DNA of 64,000 bases, taken from assembly GCA_965205485.1 (NCBI GenBank), contig OZ242180.1, positions 3,744,001 through 3,808,000 on the forward strand, given 5' to 3'. Source of the stretch: Candidatus Latescibacterota bacterium. Lineage in GTDB: Bacteria; Latescibacterota; UBA2968; GCA-2709665. A program made the position numbers and the translations under genes. Below are positions 58,196 to 64,000 of the stretch, piece after piece (position 1 is the first letter of the stretch; the number at the start of each line of letters is the position of its first letter). Below the pieces are notes generated by a model. It did no database searches, was not told the DNA's origin, and was given only the letters and a program-made list of their open reading frames with translations.

Positions 58196-60562
58196 ATGCG
58201 GCGTCCGGCGCTGCTGTCCGCGGCGTTCTTTGCCGCGGGGGTGTTCGTGGCACATCGTTTGGACGTGCCCCTGTGGGCGCTGTGGACCGGCGGTCTCGGG
58301 CTCTGGATGGTGTGCCTGATCAGCGGATGGAGCCATTGCGTGTGGCAGGGAGCCCTGCTGCTCGTTCTGGGGGCGATGCGCTACGAAAGCGTGATGCAGG
58401 GGTTGCCTGGAGACCACGTCGCACACTTTGCCGCAGGAGACCGTCCTGTCGTGCTTGAAGGACGCGTGGCTGAGGAACCTGAATGGATGGAAGACGGGTT
58501 GCGCCTTCGGATAACCGCAAAGCGGGTCGCCGTGGGCGATACCATGTTTGCGATTCAGGGAACGGTTCTCTTGCGGTTCCGCAAGTTCCGTCCGGACGTG
58601 GATTATGGAGACCGTCTGACGGCGCGGCTGCGCCTTCGCCGGCCGCCGCCGGCCAGAAATCCGGGCGCATTCGATTACGGCGCCTTCCTGAAACGGAAGG
58701 GAATCCATGCCATGGGCTCCGTGTCGAGACGGGAACAGATTCTTGAGATCCGCGCGGGCAGGGGAGGCTGGCTGTGGACGTACGTGGTGCTGCCGGTGCG
58801 CAGGGGCGTGCGCGCCGGCGTGGCGTGCAACCTGTCAGGAGGTCCGGCAGGGTTGTTGAACGGGATCCTGCTGGGCGAAAAACGGGGGGTTCCCGACCCC
58901 GTCCGTACCGCGTTTACCCGGGCCGGGGTCAACCACGTACTCGCGGTTTCGGGCCTGCACGTGGGCCTGATTGCCGCAGTGGTGTTCTTTGCGCTCGGTG
59001 CGGTCGGATGCGGCAGGAAGACGACTGCCTGGGCCACGATTTGCGCCGTGATGCTTTACGCACTGGTTACGGGCCTGCCGCCGTCGGTTGTCAGGGCCTC
59101 CATGATGTGCGCGATTACCATCTGCGGCCGCCTTGGAAACACGCAGGGCGAGGGACTCAATTCTCTCGGCCTGGCCGCCCTCGTTATCCTGATTTTCCGG
59201 CCTCAGGACCTGTTCGACGTTGGCTTTCAGCTCTCTTTCTCCGCGACCGGTGGAATCCTGATCTTATATCGGCCCGTCCGCGGGTGCATGCCCGGCGGCG
59301 GCGGGGGCGGCATCGGTCATTGGATCTGGGCGCCGCTTGCGGTGTCGTTGGCCGCACAGGTGGGCACACTCCCGCTCGTGCTGACCTATTTCGGGCTTCT
59401 CTCAGTTGTCTCTATCCTCGCCAACCTGGTTGTGGTACCCTTGATGGCGGCCGCCGTCGCGCTGGGGTTGCTTGGGGTCATCGTCTATCACGTGTCGGCT
59501 CCGGTCGCGTCGTTGTTGAACGGCGCGAACTGGATTGTGCTGAAGGGCGCCATCCAGGCCGCGGAATGGTTCGCCGCGCCGGCGTGGGCCGCCGTGGAAG
59601 TACAGGGACCCGGATGGACTGTGACCGGGCTGTATCTGTGTGCAGTGCTTCTGATCCTGCCTGAGGCGAGGTCAGGACCGTGGGGCCGGCGGCTCGTGCT
59701 TGCGGGACTGTCACTTGCGAATCTCTGGGTCTGGTCGGGCGCCTGGCAACGGCCCGCGGACCTGAGGATTCTGGTGCTGGACGTGGGCCAGGGCGATGGG
59801 ATTTTTCTGAGGTTTCCGAACGGGAGGACGCTGCTGGTAGACAGTGGCGTGCGCGCGGTCAACATAGACATGGGCGAACGTGTACTGATCCCGTTCCTCA
59901 AGGCTGAGGGAATCGACCGGATCGACGCCGTGGTCGCGACGCACCCGCACAGCGATCACATTGGCGGATTCGTGACGCTTCTGGAGCGGGTGGAAGTTGG
60001 CTGGTACCTCGACGCCGGGCAATTCTACGATTCATGGACGGCCCGCAGGATCCGGACTCTGATCCGGGAGAAGGGCGTGCGCTATACGGCAATCGAGGCG
60101 GGAGACCGGCTTGGTGGACTGGGCGGCGTGGACGCCCTCGTACTGCATCCGACGCCGGACTACGTTTCGCGGCATGGCCCTGCGCCGCTGGGCCTGAATA
60201 ATAGTTCCGTGGTGATCCGGCTGACGTACGGTGGCTCGGCCGTACTGCTGACCGGCGACATTGAGCATGAAACGGATCCGGATCTCCTGCGGTGGGGGGA
60301 CCGGCTCCGCGCCGAGGTGCTGAAGGCGGCGCACCACGGATCCCGGACTTCGTCCACAGCTGCTTTTCTGGGCGCCGTACGTCCCGATCTCGTGGCGATT
60401 TCGTGCGGGGTCCGGAACAAATTCGGTCATCCATCCCGCGAGGTGATCCGGCGTTACGAGAAGATGGGGATTTCCGTCTACCGGACCGATGAGATCGGCG
60501 CAGTTGAAATCCGAATCGATGAAAAGGGAATCGACGCGTGGGGATGGCTGGAAGGGCGGTGA
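58196..60562 (+). CDS. comEC: DNA internalization competence protein ComEC/Rec2
   Basis: 'NPGAFDY', 'HVLAVSGLH', 'GFQLSF', MBL domain 'DVGQGD', 'THPHSDHIGG', 'HHGS'. Confidence 0.95.
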   Translation: MRRPALLSAAFFAAGVFVAHRLDVPLWALWTGGLGLWMVCLISGWSHCVWQGALLLVLGAMRYESVMQGLPGDHVAHFAAGDRPVVLEGRVAEEPEWMEDGLRLRITAKRVAVGDTMFAIQGTVLLRFRKFRPDVDYGDRLTARLRLRRPPPARNPGAFDYGAFLKRKGIHAMGSVSRREQILEIRAGRGGWLWTYVVLPVRRGVRAGVACNLSGGPAGLLNGILLGEKRGVPDPVRTAFTRAGVNHVLAVSGLHVGLIAAVVFFALGAVGCGRKTTAWATICAVMLYALVTGLPPSVVRASMMCAITICGRLGNTQGEGLNSLGLAALVILIFRPQDLFDVGFQLSFSATGGILILYRPVRGCMPGGGGGGIGHWIWAPLAVSLAAQVGTLPLVLTYFGLLSVVSILANLVVVPLMAAAVALGLLGVIVYHVSAPVASLLNGANWIVLKGAIQAAEWFAAPAWAAVEVQGPGWTVTGLYLCAVLLILPEARSGPWGRRLVLAGLSLANLWVWSGAWQRPADLRILVLDVGQGDGIFLRFPNGRTLLVDSGVRAVNIDMGERVLIPFLKAEGIDRIDAVVATHPHSDHIGGFVTLLERVEVGWYLDAGQFYDSWTARRIRTLIREKGVRYTAIEAGDRLGGLGGVDALVLHPTPDYVSRHGPAPLGLNNSSVVIRLTYGGSAVLLTGDIEHETDPDLLRWGDRLRAEVLKAAHHGSRTSSTAAFLGAVRPDLVAISCGVRNKFGHPSREVIRRYEKMGISVYRTDEIGAVEIRIDEKGIDAWGWLEGR

Positions 60563-61329
60563 CGAAGCGAACGGAACCGTCGTCGTGGGCGCTGCGTGGA
60601 GGGTTGGACGCTGACCCCGCTAAAATGGGCGGCTAGCCGTACAGGAATGCCGAATCAGCACAGAGCCACGATGCATGAGAAGAAAAGCAGCAGTTCTAAT
60701 TGATAGGTATAGCCGGCAGTATTATCTCCCCCAATAAGACTGCCGCCAACCAAAGAGCCGATGCTTTCAACTTCCCCCGGGCTGGATCAGGTGCTGAAGC
60801 GAACCCCGGTAACGGCCATACCGCCCATTCATATACCAGGCGTAAAAACAAAGCGCCGAAGATGCGCAATCTCAAACGAAGGGACCGGTATGCTGCGGGT
60901 TCCGGCCCAACGTCAAAACGAACCGCGGCCATCCCCCGGTTCCCTTTCCAATCCAGGCGAAATCGCCAGGGGAGTTCTATGGAAAAGGCGCACGGGTTCG
61001 GCGATGTAACTTGCTCCAGGACAACGTCTTATGAGCAGACGGCCTCCTTGCAAGCACGTTTGAAATATATAATCCGATTGTGGGGTCGTCAAGGGGAAAT
61101 TTGAGAAAAAAGCACGTGCGGAACCGGCGACTTTGGCATAAGATGCTGAAACTCAATCGGCTGCACGTCGAGAGGTTTTTTTTTAGGGTTCAGACGGTTT
61201 CGGTGGCGCCTTTTTCACGAAAAAATATCGCCAATTTCGGTCGAATTACGGAACCTCCCACGTAAACAGCAAGTTAGTGTAATCCAGTGACGGGCGGACG
61301 TCATGTATCAAAAAAAAACGGGCAACCAG

Positions 61330-61345
61330 TGGCCCATTTTTTGCT
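61330..61345 (+). promoter_or_regulatory. Sigma-54-like promoter motif without a downstream gene
   Basis: TGGCCCATTTTTTGCT in an AT-rich intergenic region, facing the 3' end of accA. Confidence 0.4.
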
Positions 61346-61398
61346 GAATTTTATATGTTCATTTGTCGCAGTACGGATGCCGCGGGAGCGCATAAGGG

Positions 61399-62364
61399 TC
61401 ACTCGTCCCATACGCCCATCCGCCCGAATTTGTCGACCCGCTCGCGGACCAACTCCTCCGGCCGTTTGCGCAGTAGATTCTGAAACTCGTCCGATAGGAT
61501 TCGCTTCAGGTTCTGTCCGGCCGTTTCCGGGTCCCGGTGCGCGCCGCCGAATGGTTCGGGCACGATTCGATCGACGATCCCAAGAGGGACGAGGTCCTGC
61601 GCGGTAATCTTCAACGCCTCGGCGGCCTCTTCTCTCTTGTCGCGGTTCCTCCAGAGAATGAGTGAGCAGGATTGCGGATTGATAACGGAGTACCAAGCGT
61701 TTTCCAGCATCAGGATTCGGTCGCCGACGCCAATGCCGAGCGCGCCGCCGCTTGCGCCTTCCCCGATAATGACCACGATGACGGGGACCGGAAGACGCGA
61801 GATCTCGAAGAGATTCCTGGCGATGGCTTCGGAGACGCTTCGCTCCTCCGATCCGATGCCGGGGTACGCGCCCGGCGTATCGATCAGACAGAGTACCGGG
61901 CGATTGAATTTGGCGGCGAGTTTCATCACGCGGAGGGCCTTGCGATACCCTTCCGGGTGGGCCATGCCGAAGTTTCGATGGATGTTCTCCGTCGTGTTGC
62001 GTCCCTTTTGCGTACCCAGGACCAGAAGTGGCTGACCGTCGAGACGGGCGAAGCCGCTTACGACCGCCGGATCGTCCCGATAGTTCCGGTCTCCGTGAAG
62101 CTCCATGAAGTCGGTGAATATCAATCGAATATAGTCGAGCGTATGAGGGCGCTGGGGGTGCCCCGCAACCTGGTATATCTGCCACCTGCTCATGTTCGAG
62201 TAGATTTCCTTTTCCGCCTTTTGCAGCCGTTTTTCCAGTGCGGACAGCTCGGCCGTCACGTCGCCCGGCTCAGCTTCGGCGCGCGCCCTGAGTTCTTCGA
62301 TTCTCCTGTCCAGGTCGGCAATGGGACGCTCGAAATCCAGGTAGATCTTCTTCTTGCCATTCAT
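61399..62364 (-). CDS. accA: Acetyl-CoA carboxylase carboxyltransferase alpha
   Basis: 'LDFERPI', 'ELHGDR', '[13 protein letters not shown]', 'DTPGAYPG', 'GEGASGGAL'. Confidence 0.97.
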   Translation of the reverse strand: MNGKKKIYLDFERPIADLDRRIEELRARAEAEPGDVTAELSALEKRLQKAEKEIYSNMSRWQIYQVAGHPQRPHTLDYIRLIFTDFMELHGDRNYRDDPAVVSGFARLDGQPLLVLGTQKGRNTTENIHRNFGMAHPEGYRKALRVMKLAAKFNRPVLCLIDTPGAYPGIGSEERSVSEAIARNLFEISRLPVPVIVVIIGEGASGGALGIGVGDRILMLENAWYSVINPQSCSLILWRNRDKREEAAEALKITAQDLVPLGIVDRIVPEPFGGAHRDPETAGQNLKRILSDEFQNLLRKRPEELVRERVDKFGRMGVWDE

Positions 62365-62386
62365 GTTCGGTTATCCTCTTTGGCGT

Positions 62387-63595
62387 TCAGATCCTGCTGA
62401 CGGCATCCTCGATGCGGTCCATGGCCTCGTGAATCATCGGCAGAGACGCGGCATACGAAAACCGCAGGTGGTTACCGGAGCCGAAACCGCTGCCGGGAAC
62501 GCATCCCGTCATTGCCTCTTCCAGCAGATAGTTCGCGAGTTCGACGTCGTTCCTGACGCGTTCGCCGAAAAGACCGGCCACGTCTGGAAAGGCGTAAAAG
62601 GCGCCTTGAGGAAGGCGGCACGAGACGCCCGGCAGGCGATTCAGGCGCTCGACGATCAGATCGCGGCGTTTTCGAAATGCTGCCCGCATGGCTTCCACGC
62701 TCTCCTGGGTTCCCGTGAGCGCTTCGATGGCCGCATACTGGGAAATCGTGCAGGTGTTGGTGGTTTCCTGGCTCTGTACTTTGGCGATCAGTCGCATCAG
62801 TTCGGGTGGTCCCGCGCCATAGCCCACGCGCCAGCCCGTCATCGCATACGCTTTGGAAAAGCCGTTGACGACGAGGGTCCTGCTTCCTGCCCCGGGATGC
62901 ACGGCGGCGATGGAAACGTGCCGTGCCGGATCGTAGATGATTTTTTCGTATATCTCGTCTGAGATCACAAAGATGCCGGCGTCCGCGATGACGTCCGCAA
63001 GTGCGCCCAGTTCACCGGGCGTGTAGACTTCGCCGGTCGGATTGCAGGGGCTGTTCAGAAGGATGATCTTGGTCCGCGACGTGATGGCATCCGCAAGGGC
63101 GCGGGGGGTCAGGCGGAAACCCGTCTCCCCGGATGTCCGCAAGATGACCGGCCGTCCACCCATCAGCCTGACCTGATCAGCATAGCTGACCCAGAACGGC
63201 GAGGGGATGATGGCCTCGTCGCCGGGGTTGATCAGCGCGACCACCGCGTCGAATATGACCTGCTTGGCGCCGCACGTAACGACAATCTGGGACGGGTCAT
63301 AGTCCAGATTGTTCTCCCTCTTCAGCTTTTGCGCAATTGCCTGTTTGAGTTCCGGCAGGCCCGATGCGGGCGCAGTGTACTTCGTGCAGCCCCTGTCAAT
63401 CGCCTGGATCGCCGCTTTCTTGATATTTGCCGGGGTATCGAAATCGGGTTCGCCGGCAACCAGTGAAATGAGGTCCGCGCCCCCGCGTTTCAGTTCCCCC
63501 ATTCTGGCGAACGTGGCTACCGTAAGCGATTCGTCGACGTCGAGTACGCGATTGGAAAAAGGGGATAATTCTTGGTTCATCGTCCGGATTGACAT
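62387..63595 (-). CDS. PLP-dependent class I/II aminotransferase (aspartate aminotransferase-like)
   Basis: 'GEPDF', 'NSPCNPTG', 'SDEIY', 'NGFSKAYAMTGWRVG'. Confidence 0.93.
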   Translation of the reverse strand: MSIRTMNQELSPFSNRVLDVDESLTVATFARMGELKRGGADLISLVAGEPDFDTPANIKKAAIQAIDRGCTKYTAPASGLPELKQAIAQKLKRENNLDYDPSQIVVTCGAKQVIFDAVVALINPGDEAIIPSPFWVSYADQVRLMGGRPVILRTSGETGFRLTPRALADAITSRTKIILLNSPCNPTGEVYTPGELGALADVIADAGIFVISDEIYEKIIYDPARHVSIAAVHPGAGSRTLVVNGFSKAYAMTGWRVGYGAGPPELMRLIAKVQSQETTNTCTISQYAAIEALTGTQESVEAMRAAFRKRRDLIVERLNRLPGVSCRLPQGAFYAFPDVAGLFGERVRNDVELANYLLEEAMTGCVPGSGFGSGNHLRFSYAASLPMIHEAMDRIEDAVSRI

Positions 63596-63682
63596 AGAGG
63601 TTTGGACGTATCCGAGGATCGGGGACGGCGTTGGCGTGAACCGCTGTCCGGTTCCTGACCGGCAACCGGGCCACGCGTCCTG

Positions 63683-64000
63683 TTACGTCGTGTATTCGGC
63701 GTTGATACGGACGTAGTCGTACGTCAGGTCGCAGGTGTATATTGTGGCGGACCGGTTTCCGGCGCCGAGGTTGATTTCGATGTCAATTTCGTCTGCCGAC
63801 AATGCCCGTATTGCGTCGTCCGTATTGAACGGCAGCCCGCGTCCCTGACCGTAAATCGGTATCCCGGCCATCGAAACGGAGACTTCGTCCGGATCGACGG
63901 GAACGCCGGCGTACCCGATCGCGCAGAGAATACGGCCCCAATTCGGATCCCGGCCGAAGACGGCGGTCTTGACGAGCTTGGAATTGCCCACGGAAAGCCC
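63683..64000 (-). CDS. argJ: Ornithine acetyltransferase ArgJ, C-terminal part (runs off the window)
   Basis: 'SKLVKTAVFGRDPNWGRI', 'TCDLTYDYVRINAEYTT'. Confidence 0.95.
   Translation of the reverse strand, partial: GLSVGNSKLVKTAVFGRDPNWGRILCAIGYAGVPVDPDEVSVSMAGIPIYGQGRGLPFNTDDAIRALSADEIDIEINLGAGNRSATIYTCDLTYDYVRINAEYTT

Noticed and set aside
60600..60932. 78-aa hydrophobic minus-strand ORF, possibly a decayed membrane-protein gene
   Set aside because: No recognisable family, and stops and frameshifts follow; too weak to call

Overview
GC-rich bacterial chromosomal segment. Gene content is suggestive of an uncultured Latescibacterota/Gemmatimonadota-like lineage, but this is inference only. 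Left: a minus-strand Omp85-DUF4390-NtrY-like-NtrX-like-Omp85 operon with a sigma-54 promoter, a 2,4-diaminopentanoate dehydrogenase-like gene, lutC plus a lutB/lutA-type fusion, and two tandem sigma-54 activators separated by a sigma-54 promoter with palindromic upstream sites. About 14.9-25.1 kb is an accessory region with lower-GC patches. It holds small membrane ORFs, an Ldh_2 oxidoreductase whose 3' half is duplicated around an Rpn (PD-(D/E)XK) gene with an internal RpnS-like start, and a stand-alone Cys-rich small gene. It also holds rearranged IS21-family remnants (two multi-repeat ends and two istA fragments) wrapped around secreted FG-GAP proteins, and an orphan HExxHxxGxxH fragment. 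Middle: catabolic enzymes, a speD-speE fusion, and a 1512-aa degenerate-M28/FtsX membrane protein paired with a polytopic transporter-like protein. Right: housekeeping genes (dgoD, gatBA, tatA, pssA, htrA-like, truA, comEC, accA, aspC-like, argJ). A ~166-bp MITE-like element occurs twice. No rRNA, tRNA or CRISPR array was recognised. All assignments come from motif recognition by eye; no searches were run.
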